Positions 35,133 to 45,077 of a stretch of DNA of 62,397 nt are shown here, piece after piece (position 1 is the stretch's first letter; every line of letters begins with the position of its first letter). The notes beneath the pieces were generated by a model. That model saw only the letters and a program-made list of their open reading frames with translations, had not been told where the DNA came from and made no database searches. The position numbers and the translations under genes are program-made. This DNA comes from Patescibacteria group bacterium (lineage in GTDB: Bacteria > Patescibacteriota > Minisyncoccia > Phycocordibacterales > UBA9973), in contig JAZKJK010000015.1 in assembly GCA_040384365.1 (NCBI GenBank), positions 1,093-63,489 of the forward strand, written 5' to 3'.

Positions 35133-36038
35133 ATGGAGAAAATAATCGTTACAGGCGGTGCAGGGTTTATAGGGTCACACATTGTGGATCAGCTTATTTC
35201 TGATGGTTATGAGGTTCATGTTGTGGATAATCTATCAGCGGGGAAAAAAGAAAATGTGAATCCAAAAGCGATTTTTCACAATGTAGATATTCGTGATTAT
35301 GATAAACTGTTGCCCATATTTGAAGGTGTAAAATATGTTTTTCATGAAGCGGCTTTTCCTCAAGTCCAATATTCAATAGAGAATCCCGTTGAAACTAATG
35401 AAATAAATGTCGGGGGCACATTAAATGTGCTAGAGGTCTCGAGGGCAAACAAGGTTAGAAGAATAATTTTCGCTTCTTCTAGCGCCGTGTATGGCAATCA
35501 AGAAATTTTACCGATAACCGAAAACATGCAAACCAATCCATTGTCTCCCTATGGCGCTCAGAAATATATTGGTGAAGTTTATATGAAACTCTATGCTGAA
35601 ATTTACGGGCTAGAAACTGTTTGTCTTAGATATTTCAATGTTTACGGACCGAGACAGAGTGCGGGCGGAGCTTATGCTTCCGTGATTCCTAAATTTATAG
35701 AATTTCGCCAAAAAAATGAACCGCTTTCTATTACCGGAGACGGAGAACAGACTAGGGATTTTGTAAACATCAAAGATGTTGTTGAAGCTAATATTTTAGC
35801 CATGAAAGGAGATAAAGTAGGGAGGGGTGAGGTGTTGAATATTGGCGGAAGTTGTCAATATTCCATCAACTACATAGCAAAATTAGTAGGAGGAAATGTT
35901 TCTTATATTTCTCCTCGCATAGAACCTCGTAATACAGAGGCCAGCGTAGATAAAGCTAAGAAGTTTCTAAATTGGGGACCGCATGTTATTCTAGAAGAAG
36001 GTATAAAAGAATTAAAGAAATATAACAATATAAATTAA
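35133..36038 (+). CDS. NAD-dependent sugar-nucleotide 4-epimerase (GalE/WbpP-like SDR)
   Basis: Present are GGAGFIGSH, the catalytic YGAQK, and the general pattern of extended SDRs. Confidence 0.85.
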   Translation: MEKIIVTGGAGFIGSHIVDQLISDGYEVHVVDNLSAGKKENVNPKAIFHNVDIRDYDKLLPIFEGVKYVFHEAAFPQVQYSIENPVETNEINVGGTLNVLEVSRANKVRRIIFASSSAVYGNQEILPITENMQTNPLSPYGAQKYIGEVYMKLYAEIYGLETVCLRYFNVYGPRQSAGGAYASVIPKFIEFRQKNEPLSITGDGEQTRDFVNIKDVVEANILAMKGDKVGRGEVLNIGGSCQYSINYIAKLVGGNVSYISPRIEPRNTEASVDKAKKFLNWGPHVILEEGIKELKKYNNIN

Positions 36039-36041
36039 TAT

Positions 36042-37010
36042 ATGGTAAATATCAAAAAAGTGTTAGTCTGCGGCGCCGGTGGATTTATTGGTAGCCACTT
36101 GGTAAAAAAATTAAAGACTGAAGGATATTGGGTGAGAGGCGTTGACCTCAAGAATCCAGATTTTAGCCCGAGCGTTGCTGATGAATTTATCATTGGTGAT
36201 CTGCGCGATCAGTCAGTTTGTAAGAAAGTTCTAGACCAAGCTTTTGATGAAGTATATCAATTAGCGGCAGATATGGGCGGGGCGGGGTATATTTTTACGG
36301 GGGAACATGATGCGGACATAATGCATAATTCAGCTCTCATTAATATCAATATTACTGATTTAGCGGTAAAAAATAAAGTTGGTAAAATATTTTATTCTTC
36401 TTCTGCATGTATTTATCCCAAACATAACCAAGAAGATCCTGATAATCCAAAATGCTCTGAAGAATCAGCTCACCCAGCAAATCCTGATTCTGAGTATGGT
36501 TGGGAAAAACTTTTTAGTGAACATTTATACCTTAGTTATAATCGGAATTATAATTTAAATGTTCGGATTGCTAGATTTCATAATATTTTTGGAGTAGAGG
36601 GTCCTTATAAAGGTGGAAAAGAAAAGGCTCCTGCTGCGATTTGCAGAAAAGTAGCCGAAGCAAAATCCGGTGGCGAAATAGAAATTTGGGGTGATGGCAA
36701 GCAAACCCGCTCATTTTTATATGTAGATGAATGCTTGGAGGGGATACGAAGGCTTATGGATTCAGATTTTATTGGTCCGGTTAATATTGGCTCAGATGAA
36801 ATGGTTACAATTGATAGACTTGCGGAGATGGCTATTGAGTCTTCTAGTAAAAAGATAACATTAAAGCATATTGATGGGCCCGTTGGAGTAAGAGGAAGAA
36901 ATTCTGACAATAAATTGATAAAAGAAAAATTAAATTGGGCCCCATCTCAGGCCCTTACAGAAGGTGTTCGAATGACCTATGAATGGATAAATAATCAATT
37001 AAAAAAATAA
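36042..37010 (+). CDS. NAD-dependent epimerase, GDP-mannose 3,5-epimerase-like
   Basis: GAGGFIGSH is present. From memory, QLAADMGGAGYIFTGEHDADIMHNSALININ resembles the GME signature region. It also has YGWEK and RFHNIFG. Confidence 0.6.
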   Translation: MVNIKKVLVCGAGGFIGSHLVKKLKTEGYWVRGVDLKNPDFSPSVADEFIIGDLRDQSVCKKVLDQAFDEVYQLAADMGGAGYIFTGEHDADIMHNSALININITDLAVKNKVGKIFYSSSACIYPKHNQEDPDNPKCSEESAHPANPDSEYGWEKLFSEHLYLSYNRNYNLNVRIARFHNIFGVEGPYKGGKEKAPAAICRKVAEAKSGGEIEIWGDGKQTRSFLYVDECLEGIRRLMDSDFIGPVNIGSDEMVTIDRLAEMAIESSSKKITLKHIDGPVGVRGRNSDNKLIKEKLNWAPSQALTEGVRMTYEWINNQLKK

Positions 37011-37020
37011 AGATATTTAT

Positions 37021-37557
37021 ATGCCAGAAAATAAAAGATTAACCAATGATTTATATGCTTTAGTTTACGGACAATATGTGCCTCGCCTTTGTGTAGATTT
37101 AGTTGTGATTGGTCCAGAAGATACATTTAGAGTTGCAATATCGACCAATTTGGACTCAGTATTTGATGTGCAAGGACCTAACGGTATAATTTTAATTCAG
37201 AGAGATATTCCGCCAGAAATCGGTAGCTGGCATTTACCGGGGGGAACAGTTCGAAAAGGTGAGACTCTTGAAGTAGCCGCAAAAAGAATAATAAAATCTG
37301 AAACAGGAATTGAAGTAGAGATTTTGGATAGGATTGGTTCACTTGAGTTTTTAAACGAGGAACAAGAAGTTGAATTAAATGGAAAAAAAGAAAAAATCAA
37401 TATACATTCTGTTTCTGTAATTTTATTAGCAAAAGCAAAAACGAATGTACTTACCGGAAGTGATGATGGAAAAAATGTTGAATGGTTCAAAATTGCTCCT
37501 ACTATTGGCCATACAATACATATTCCTTATTTGATAAAGCATGGATTTCTTAAATAA
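37021..37557 (+). CDS. NUDIX hydrolase (sugar-nucleotide hydrolase-like)
   Basis: The Nudix box is GGTVRKGETLEVAAKRIIKSETGIEVE. The gene is embedded in the sugar-nucleotide cluster. Confidence 0.7.
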   Translation: MPENKRLTNDLYALVYGQYVPRLCVDLVVIGPEDTFRVAISTNLDSVFDVQGPNGIILIQRDIPPEIGSWHLPGGTVRKGETLEVAAKRIIKSETGIEVEILDRIGSLEFLNEEQEVELNGKKEKINIHSVSVILLAKAKTNVLTGSDDGKNVEWFKIAPTIGHTIHIPYLIKHGFLK

Positions 37558-37566
37558 TAAATAAAT

Positions 37567-38457
37567 ATGATTATTGTAAGACTTTCAGGGGGAATGGGGA
37601 ATCAAATGTTTCAATATGCTTTAGGGCGTGCTCTTTCTATTAAACACAACGTTTCACTTAAGCTTGATATAACATTTCTTAATCATCGGATTAAAATGCC
37701 GAATTTTTTACGACCTAATTTTTCTTTTCGCAATTTTGATCTGGATGTTTTTAATATACAAGCAGAAATTGCTAAACCTTACGAGATTTCGTTTTGGAAT
37801 CGACCAATTTTGTTTGGTCCCATTATGCTTATAATTGATGCTTTTTTACGCAAGTTGGCATTTTTGCCTGGCTGGGAAAAGAAATATTCTTTCAATAATA
37901 AAGCTTTGCAATTTGGGCCCAATACATACCTTGAGGGGTTTTGGCAAAGTGAAAAATATTTTTTAAATATTGCCTCTACTATCAGAAAAGATTTTTTTTT
38001 AAAAAAGCCAATTTCTGAGGCTACTAAAAAAATTCAAGACGACATTAAAAATACAAATTCAATCTGTGTTCACCTAAGACGTGCACATGGAGGTGGAGAT
38101 TTCCATTCCAAGTATGATATTACTTATTATGAAAAAGGCATAAATTATATTGCTGAGAAAAAAAAGATTGAAAAGATTTATGTATTTTCTGATGACATAG
38201 AATGGTGTAAAGAAAATATTAAATTTAATATTCCTACTGTTTTTGTCGGTAGTGATTCTGCTGGTGTGAAAGGAGAGGGACATCTGTATTTAATGAGTCT
38301 TTGTCAGAATTTTGTTATATCCAATAGCACTTTTTCTTGGTGGGGAGCATGGCTTTCTGATTATGCAAGCAAAATTGTTGTTTGTCCGAAGCAGTGGTTT
38401 GGGGACGCTTCAATAGACACAAGTGATTTAATTCCCAACGAATGGGTAAAAATATGA
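37567..38457 (+). CDS. GT11-family alpha-1,2-fucosyltransferase-like glycosyltransferase
   Basis: The GT11 landmarks are LSGGMGNQMFQYALGRAL, HLRR..GGDF and ISNSTFSWWGAWL. Confidence 0.8.
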   Translation: MIIVRLSGGMGNQMFQYALGRALSIKHNVSLKLDITFLNHRIKMPNFLRPNFSFRNFDLDVFNIQAEIAKPYEISFWNRPILFGPIMLIIDAFLRKLAFLPGWEKKYSFNNKALQFGPNTYLEGFWQSEKYFLNIASTIRKDFFLKKPISEATKKIQDDIKNTNSICVHLRRAHGGGDFHSKYDITYYEKGINYIAEKKKIEKIYVFSDDIEWCKENIKFNIPTVFVGSDSAGVKGEGHLYLMSLCQNFVISNSTFSWWGAWLSDYASKIVVCPKQWFGDASIDTSDLIPNEWVKI

Positions 38458-39284
38458 GTAAATTGGTATCAATATTATTACCGACACATAATGGGGCGGA
38501 TCGAATAAAAGAGGCTATGGCGAGCGTTTTTGGCCAATTCTATGACTATTGGGAGCTTTTAGTGCTTGACGACGGGTCTGTGGACGATACTAAGCAAATA
38601 GTTGAAAGTTTAGCTAAAGATGACTCACGGGTGAAGTATATAAAAAATGAAACAAATCTCGGAATACAAAAAGCCCTGAACAAGGGTTTAAGAGAAGCGA
38701 AAGGTGAATACATAGCTCGCATAGATGATGACGATGTTTGGATAGATAAAGATAAGTTGAAAAAACAGGTGGAATTTTTAGATAAAAATAAGGATTATGT
38801 TTTAATTGGAACTGGGGTAATAGTAATAGATGAAAATAAAAAGGAATTATTCAGATATCTGCCTCCACAGGAAGATAATGAAATCAGGAACAAAATTTTA
38901 TACAAAAATTGCTTTACCCATTCCAGTGTTTTATTTAGAAAGAACGTCGCTTTTGAGTTTGGTGGATATTCCGAGGATCCGAACGTAAAACATATAGAGG
39001 ATTATGATTTGTGGCTAAAACTAGGAACAATGGGCAAGTTTGCTAATTTAAGGACATATTCTATTGTCTTTACACAAAGAGGAGGTGCTATTTCTGCTAA
39101 AAATAGAGTTGTGCAAGCGAAGCGTTCACTATACGTAATTAAGAAATTTAAAAATAAATATCCCCGTTTTTTTAGAGGATATTTTATTACTCTAATAAAA
39201 TTATGGTTTTTTGCAGCGCGGAAGATGATTCCAATTAGTGAAAAAATGTTATCCAAATTTAAAGCTCAGTATAAAGAATTTTAG
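38454..39284 (+). CDS. GT2-family glycosyltransferase
   Basis: Present are SILLPTHNGADRI and ARIDDDDVW (the DxD motif). The ATG at 38454 overlaps the upstream stop (ATGA). Confidence 0.85.
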   Translation: MSKLVSILLPTHNGADRIKEAMASVFGQFYDYWELLVLDDGSVDDTKQIVESLAKDDSRVKYIKNETNLGIQKALNKGLREAKGEYIARIDDDDVWIDKDKLKKQVEFLDKNKDYVLIGTGVIVIDENKKELFRYLPPQEDNEIRNKILYKNCFTHSSVLFRKNVAFEFGGYSEDPNVKHIEDYDLWLKLGTMGKFANLRTYSIVFTQRGGAISAKNRVVQAKRSLYVIKKFKNKYPRFFRGYFITLIKLWFFAARKMIPISEKMLSKFKAQYKEF

Positions 39285-40213
39285 TTTTCTTGCAAAAATA
39301 ATTTTTTGTATTTTTTCCTATTATCTAAAATATATTTCGGCAAATCTTTTTCATCTATCTCGAATTTAAAATTTCTACCAATATAATCACTTTTACCGAA
39401 TCTTTTTTCAAGATTTTTCTGAACCTCCTCTGTATTATAGCTTTCTTGTGTGTAAGAATCTTTTAATTTTCTACGAACCTCGTTAATTCCCCCCATACTT
39501 GTAAAGTGCCAGCCACCATTTTCAACATAAGTATACTTTGTTTTATTTGCTGTTCTTAGATGGTTTAGACATGAATTCTTGATGTTTTTGTATTTTGTGA
39601 CTAAGGTTCCCGCCCATGGTTCGTTGGATTTGTTGTTCAAGTAATACGCATATACATCCTGCTTTAATTTAAAAACATCATCCCTTGAATAGTCTATAAG
39701 TATTTCAGGATTCCATATCTCATCCACATCTCCAATAAAGCATACATCTTCTTCCCTTAGGTGCATGAGAGCCTTTTTTATGCTTTCTTTTTGAAAAAAT
39801 TCTCTTCTCCAGTGCTCAGGCCCATCTTTTGGCACATTTGAACTTTGATCGGCAAGCCTAAGTATTTCAGGATCATTTGGATAATCGTCTATTATAAAGT
39901 ATTTTATCTTGTCTAAAAAGGGCGCGAAATGGGGTTTCTGCTCTTCGAAATACAGAGGTTTTTTCGAACCTGAAAAAGTGGTAGGTGCTTCAACTATTAC
40001 AAATTGATCCACATAATCCTTCAAAATGTTCAGGCGGATTTCTAGGATATCGGCTTCGCCGTTATAGGTAAATATGTCATATATTTTTATTTTTTTCCTA
40101 TAATCTAAAATTCCTTCCTTTTCATTTTGCGAAAACGGTTTTTGTGTTATAGATAATAAATTACTTTTGTTTATTAAAATTATGTTTTTTATTTTATTTA
40201 ATATCTTTTTCAT
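39281..40213 (-). CDS. GT17-like glycosyltransferase (bisecting GlcNAc-transferase family homologue)
   Basis: From memory, IYDIFTYNGEADILEIRLNILKDYVDQFVIVEAPTTFSGSKKPLYF matches the bacterial GT17 N-terminal pattern. Confidence 0.5.
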   Translation of the reverse strand: MKKILNKIKNIILINKSNLLSITQKPFSQNEKEGILDYRKKIKIYDIFTYNGEADILEIRLNILKDYVDQFVIVEAPTTFSGSKKPLYFEEQKPHFAPFLDKIKYFIIDDYPNDPEILRLADQSSNVPKDGPEHWRREFFQKESIKKALMHLREEDVCFIGDVDEIWNPEILIDYSRDDVFKLKQDVYAYYLNNKSNEPWAGTLVTKYKNIKNSCLNHLRTANKTKYTYVENGGWHFTSMGGINEVRRKLKDSYTQESYNTEEVQKNLEKRFGKSDYIGRNFKFEIDEKDLPKYILDNRKKYKKLFLQEN

Positions 40214-40214
40214 A

Positions 40215-40997
40215 TCAAATTCTTTTCGATAAAAGATTTATAAGTTTAAAGGTGATATGAGAGAATATTTCATTGAATATATTTCTATTTAATTTTTTTA
40301 CATTTATAGAATTTGCATTGAAAGGCTTAAGTATATCTGGATTTAATTCAAAATTACTATTCCACAGTGTGTATATGGCTCTCTCTATAATATGTGTTTC
40401 TCCGGGTAGTTGGCAATATGAAATGAGGAGTTTCATATTTTCATATACAATTTTTGGTAGTTTCAAAATTTGATTTTTGGGTACTATATAATTTCCCCCT
40501 GGAGCAAATCTAATATATTTTGGTATAAATGGATTTTTGTAAATAAATTTTAGGAAATCATTGTAATTATTAAAATATCTTGTTTCAAAATGCTTTAAAT
40601 ACCAGCTATTATTAATTTCATTAAATCCACCATCCGATGATATGAAAGAAATAGGGAATTTAGGTGTATACGCCTTATAATCCTCAATAGTGGTAAAATA
40701 TTCATTATTTATTACTTTTTCAAAGTAACTTTGTGTTACATGTCTAGGAAAAATATTTCCTTTTGCAAAAATTATATTTTCAGGCAAATTGTCATAATTA
40801 TCTATGATAAAAGTAAAATAATCATAGAAGTTGTATCCCACATTTTCGCTTTTAATTATTTTTTTTGGATCTATGTTGACTGGTATTTTGGCATCTTCGC
40901 TTTTGTTGTAGATTAAATAGTTATTTGTATATTCTGATACCCATGAAATATCATTATTGTAGTTTGAAACTATTAAAAAATTATTTTTAATTTTCAT
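40215..40997 (-). CDS. hypothetical protein of the glycan cluster (DUF3431-like)
   Basis: This 260-aa ORF is translationally coupled on both sides. The segment NVGYNFYDYFTFIIDNYDNLPENIIF is weakly reminiscent of DUF3431. Confidence 0.4.
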   Translation of the reverse strand: MKIKNNFLIVSNYNNDISWVSEYTNNYLIYNKSEDAKIPVNIDPKKIIKSENVGYNFYDYFTFIIDNYDNLPENIIFAKGNIFPRHVTQSYFEKVINNEYFTTIEDYKAYTPKFPISFISSDGGFNEINNSWYLKHFETRYFNNYNDFLKFIYKNPFIPKYIRFAPGGNYIVPKNQILKLPKIVYENMKLLISYCQLPGETHIIERAIYTLWNSNFELNPDILKPFNANSINVKKLNRNIFNEIFSHITFKLINLLSKRI

Positions 40998-42646
40998 TGC
41001 GATATTTTAATGAATCGGTTAAGGAAATTTTTTGTTCTAAGTGAAAGCAAACCACCTACTTTTTTCTTTAAAAATAACGGAAGACCAAGCTTGCTGAATT
41101 GCCTGACGTTGTTTTCTTTTCTATTGAAATATTCTGAATGATTTTTTTGATATTCTTCAAATTCCTTTAAACATGTCGTATAATCATTTAATTTTCCTTC
41201 TCTATCCTGATACATCCATCCCTTTGTTATATTGTAGCCACAGCTCCAATAGCCATCGGATACATTATGCCTTGCCCAGTATTTTGGGGCAATGCAATAT
41301 TTTAGGCTTTTATTAAGCCATGCAGGGAACCACGCAAAGCTGGAGTTAGAAAGAATTAGATAATATGCATTTTTTATGATTGCATAATCTTTTCCAATGC
41401 TAAAGTGAAAAACATCATAATTAGGAAAAAATTTCTTGGCTGTATACACATCATCGGTAATAACAATAAACCTAAGATCTTTGTTTATTTTAAGCATATT
41501 GTCTATAGCATTTTTCCAATAGTTCTGGCTCAAGAATAGATCTTTATGACGTGCATATTCTCCTCCTCTGAAATTTATTATACAAATATTTGCATTTGAA
41601 TAATCGTAACATTCATATTTTTCTTTAATCTTTAACCATTCTCGGATCTCCGACTTTCTGTGCTCAAAATATTTTTCATCTTGCATTAAGCCATCAATTT
41701 TTGTATTGGGTGGAATATCTGCAAGATGTTTGTCATGTAATCTTATATCAGATCTATTCATGGGGTGTATTGTTTTTTTCTCATTGTAATAGTTACTAAT
41801 GCCTTCTGGTAATTTTTTAGGCGGACCGCCTTCCGGCCCTTTACCGCCAGTGACTTTTTTCCCAAAATCTAAATCTAAAAAATCAGCACCTTTAAATTTT
41901 TCTGGACTCCTAATTCCAAAGTCGTATCCTTTGTCTAAGGCTATAACTTTTGTTGCTACGTAACAAAAAAGTTGGTTTCCGAGTCCCTGGCCGTTATACA
42001 TTTCAGTGATTAGTAAGTTGCCTTTTTCAAAATCGGGATAAATAGAATTTTCGCCTATTGTTTTATGGTAAACAAAAGTTTTTAACTCTTTATTTTCCAG
42101 TAAAGGCATTTCTCTTCCGAAGAGCACTGCTTCTTCAAAAGGAGCAAATTTACATCCATGTTTTTCAAAAACATGTCGCATATTTACGCAGATATACCCA
42201 TCTTCGTTAAAATATCCATGGAAAGATCTCCATTCCATGCCTATCTTTTTTGGCAATTGCATAAGTTTTTTAGATCTTAAGGATATACTATTGCCTACTC
42301 TCTGTATTTTTCCATTGATGTCTCGGTATGAAAAATTATCGTTCGGTAGGGGAAAGGGTGAACCGATATAATCATAATTCAACCATTCTTCGCGCCATAA
42401 CTGAGGTTCTCCGATACCTCCATCAGGATGTACCAACAGGGCAAATTCGGTGTTTATATAATCTCCCAAATCAAACACAACGGCTTTGTTCCACTCATCA
42501 ATATTGTTGGTATTTACAATTATGTTTTTAACTTCCCCAAACTCAATATTTTTTGAACTATAATCAAGCGCCTTTTGGTGCTGGATTTTGTATTTTTCAG
42601 ATCCTATGCAGCAAAGAGTTACATTTGGAAGTTTTAGTTTACTCAT
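40994..42646 (-). CDS. two-domain glycosyltransferase (N-terminal DUF5672-like module fused to a C-terminal GT11-like module)
   Basis: The N-terminus has LPNVTLCCIGSEKY. The central and C-terminal parts have NGQGLGNQLFCYVATKVIAL, RGGEY and LSNSSFAWFPAWL (the GT11 pattern). Confidence 0.55.
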   Translation of the reverse strand: MSKLKLPNVTLCCIGSEKYKIQHQKALDYSSKNIEFGEVKNIIVNTNNIDEWNKAVVFDLGDYINTEFALLVHPDGGIGEPQLWREEWLNYDYIGSPFPLPNDNFSYRDINGKIQRVGNSISLRSKKLMQLPKKIGMEWRSFHGYFNEDGYICVNMRHVFEKHGCKFAPFEEAVLFGREMPLLENKELKTFVYHKTIGENSIYPDFEKGNLLITEMYNGQGLGNQLFCYVATKVIALDKGYDFGIRSPEKFKGADFLDLDFGKKVTGGKGPEGGPPKKLPEGISNYYNEKKTIHPMNRSDIRLHDKHLADIPPNTKIDGLMQDEKYFEHRKSEIREWLKIKEKYECYDYSNANICIINFRGGEYARHKDLFLSQNYWKNAIDNMLKINKDLRFIVITDDVYTAKKFFPNYDVFHFSIGKDYAIIKNAYYLILSNSSFAWFPAWLNKSLKYCIAPKYWARHNVSDGYWSCGYNITKGWMYQDREGKLNDYTTCLKEFEEYQKNHSEYFNRKENNVRQFSKLGLPLFLKKKVGGLLSLRTKNFLNRFIKISQ

Positions 42647-43271
42647 AATCTTTTGGAATCAAGACCCCAGTTTCTTTTACATAATCATCAACACTATTTG
42701 GCAAGACATCAGGCCGGGTGCGTTTTGCAAGTTCAAACATTGTTTTTCTACCAGTTCCGAGATACTCTAAGCCAGATGTTTTTTTGTCCCATTTTTCAAT
42801 TTTTTCTGCGAGTAATTTTGCTATAACGTCTACGTAATCACCTTGCGTGTATTGATCTTTATATGCCTTTGGGAAGGGGAATGGATTTGGCTTGAAGAGT
42901 GTTCTAAGAACAAGATAATTAGGATGGGTTTTTACTATTTCCTCGCCAAGTTTTTTTGTTAAGGCATAAACATCGATAGGGTTGTGGGCGTATTCAGTTG
43001 AAATAAAAACAAAAGGGGTATTCTTGTAATGTTCCACTAAATTAAATGTTCCGTAAACATTTACATTAAAGCATTCATCTTTTCCAGCCGATTCGGCATT
43101 TTTAACATTAGTATAAGCTCCAGTGTGGACTATCAAATCGTATTTTTTTTCTAATTTTATTGGTTTAGTGAAGTCAAATTCCTCTTTACTTAAATAATCT
43201 CCAGGCAAATGTTTCTTAAGTTCGGTGGCGAGTTTGCCATTACCACCGGTAATTAAAATTTTATTTAGCAT
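42639..43271 (-). CDS. short NAD(P)-dependent sugar-nucleotide reductase/epimerase (RmlD-like, truncated length)
   Basis: ILITGGNGKLATEL forms a Rossmann motif. At 210 aa it is shorter than canonical RmlD. Confidence 0.55.
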   Translation of the reverse strand: MLNKILITGGNGKLATELKKHLPGDYLSKEEFDFTKPIKLEKKYDLIVHTGAYTNVKNAESAGKDECFNVNVYGTFNLVEHYKNTPFVFISTEYAHNPIDVYALTKKLGEEIVKTHPNYLVLRTLFKPNPFPFPKAYKDQYTQGDYVDVIAKLLAEKIEKWDKKTSGLEYLGTGRKTMFELAKRTRPDVLPNSVDDYVKETGVLIPKDYE

Positions 43272-44337
43272 AAAATTCTTTTACTTTGCTTATAATGAAT
43301 TTAACTTCTTTATTAGTTAAAGCATTGTGCACGGGTAGGGAAAGTAATTTAACCCACTCTCGATCTGTCACCGGGAGAGGTCTTTTTTTTGCCTTCTTCC
43401 AATAAGTCATTTCTGAAAGAGGTTTGAAGTGCACTGATGTTGCAATATTATGATCAGCAAGAAATTCCCCCAATTCATTTCTGTTCTCACATTTCATAGT
43501 ATAGTATTGCACGGTGTGTGAATGCATAGGTGTTTTTATTTGAGGCGTGTTTTTAAATGCTTCATTGTACATGGATTCGATTTTTCTTCTGCGAGCATTT
43601 GTTTTCTCAAGCCTTCGAAGTTGTCCTAAACCTACAACCGCCTGAACATCTGTCATGTAAGCTTTTATTCCCTGTGATTGAGTGATGTCATAATCCCAAG
43701 TATACTTTTTCCCCAGAGCTCTATCATAGGTTGATTTTTCTACACCAAGCCAAGTTAAGGTGCGAAGTTTTTTATAAACTGCTTCATCGTTGGTAGTGAT
43801 AGCTCCACCGTCCCACATTGGTAAAGATTTCACCGCTTGAAAGCTCCAGATAGTAATATCAGCATCTTTTCCTGCGCCTGGTGTGTGCATGGCATGGGCG
43901 GCGTCTTCAATAATCAGACCTTTGAATTTTTTTCGTATACCTTTCACATCTGCGAGTCGGCCATGTGAGTCAACTGTAATGATGGCTTTTGTTTTTGGTG
44001 TAATGACGAGAGTTTTTGGATCAAGACATAAAGTATTTGGATCTATATCTGCAAAAGTTACATCCATTCCATTCCATTCACCAACAATTGCGTCTGATAC
44101 GAAAGTCATTGCGGTGGTTATTAACTCTCCACCTTTTATACCATAAACTTTCAAACATAGGTCAAGAGCTGATGTTCCTGAATTTGTACCTACGCAATAT
44201 TTTGCTCCGACATACTCAGCGAATTTTTTCTCAAACTCTTGGGTTTTCGGTCCAAATCCCCACCAGCCGGAGTCAAGCACTTCCAAGAGTTCCTTTTTGG
44301 TTCGCTCATCAATTGTTGGCTTTAATACGGGTATCAT
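43261..44337 (-). CDS. DegT/DnrJ/EryC1/StrS-family sugar aminotransferase
   Basis: The fold-type I pattern includes GTNSGTSALDL and the PLP-lysine region FQAVKSL. Confidence 0.9.
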   Translation of the reverse strand: MIPVLKPTIDERTKKELLEVLDSGWWGFGPKTQEFEKKFAEYVGAKYCVGTNSGTSALDLCLKVYGIKGGELITTAMTFVSDAIVGEWNGMDVTFADIDPNTLCLDPKTLVITPKTKAIITVDSHGRLADVKGIRKKFKGLIIEDAAHAMHTPGAGKDADITIWSFQAVKSLPMWDGGAITTNDEAVYKKLRTLTWLGVEKSTYDRALGKKYTWDYDITQSQGIKAYMTDVQAVVGLGQLRRLEKTNARRRKIESMYNEAFKNTPQIKTPMHSHTVQYYTMKCENRNELGEFLADHNIATSVHFKPLSEMTYWKKAKKRPLPVTDREWVKLLSLPVHNALTNKEVKFIISKVKEFYAK

Positions 44338-44346
44338 GGGATTAGT

Positions 44347-45057
44347 TTACCACAAGCCAAGCCAATACAAAAGTTCCTTTTTATATTTTTTAGCCATATA
44401 ATAGCGTTCTTTTTTCTTGGCCCAACTAGATAAGATATTTGTAATTTGGTGCTTACCTGTCCCTATAACAACATTTACCCCATTTAGAATTTCGGGTTCG
44501 CCATACATGTCGTGCATTCTTTTATAGTAGTCGCAATCCAGTAGCCAGGTCATGTTTTCATCAAAGAGTAGGGGATGGTCATTCCTGATTGATAAGACAG
44601 AAGGAGACCCAATCGTATTTTTACCACGATATATCTTTTTATTATACTTTGGATAATGAAGATTATATCGTCGGCTACCATCATAATGCTCACAGCCTGT
44701 AACTAACCACTGCCCTTTAAAATTTTCTGCGATCTCTTTTAGAGAATTCTCATTCGCCAGAAAGTCATCCATATATAATATTTTTATAATTTCTCCTTTG
44801 GCATGTTTGATTGCTTCATTGGTATTTGGGGCCATGCCTTTTCTGGGATTTCTCAAATAATTTATATGAAGTGACCCATATTCAGGGCTTTCGCATAGAT
44901 TTTTTACGATACTATCTTCAGAGTTATCTGATATAACTACTTCGAAATCCTTGAAAGTTTGCTTTTTAAGCATATCAAAACTTCGAGTGAGTACTCTTAA
45001 TGCTTCGCCCCGCATTTCATATGTTGGTATACAAATACTTAAAGTTATTTTTTTCAT
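44347..45057 (-). CDS. GT2-family glycosyltransferase
   Basis: Present are SICIPTYEMRGEAL, VVISDNSED and ILYMDDF. Confidence 0.8.
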   Translation of the reverse strand: MKKITLSICIPTYEMRGEALRVLTRSFDMLKKQTFKDFEVVISDNSEDSIVKNLCESPEYGSLHINYLRNPRKGMAPNTNEAIKHAKGEIIKILYMDDFLANENSLKEIAENFKGQWLVTGCEHYDGSRRYNLHYPKYNKKIYRGKNTIGSPSVLSIRNDHPLLFDENMTWLLDCDYYKRMHDMYGEPEILNGVNVVIGTGKHQITNILSSWAKKKERYYMAKKYKKELLYWLGLW

Positions 45058-45077
45058 TTCTCTTATTTTTTTTATAA

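Noticed and set aside
40994-40997. Four-nt overlaps between consecutive glycan-cluster genes (40994-40997, 39281-39284, 38454-38457) considered as possible frameshifted pseudogenes.
   Set aside because: ATGA/TGA-type overlaps are normal translational coupling. Each ORF is full length for its family.
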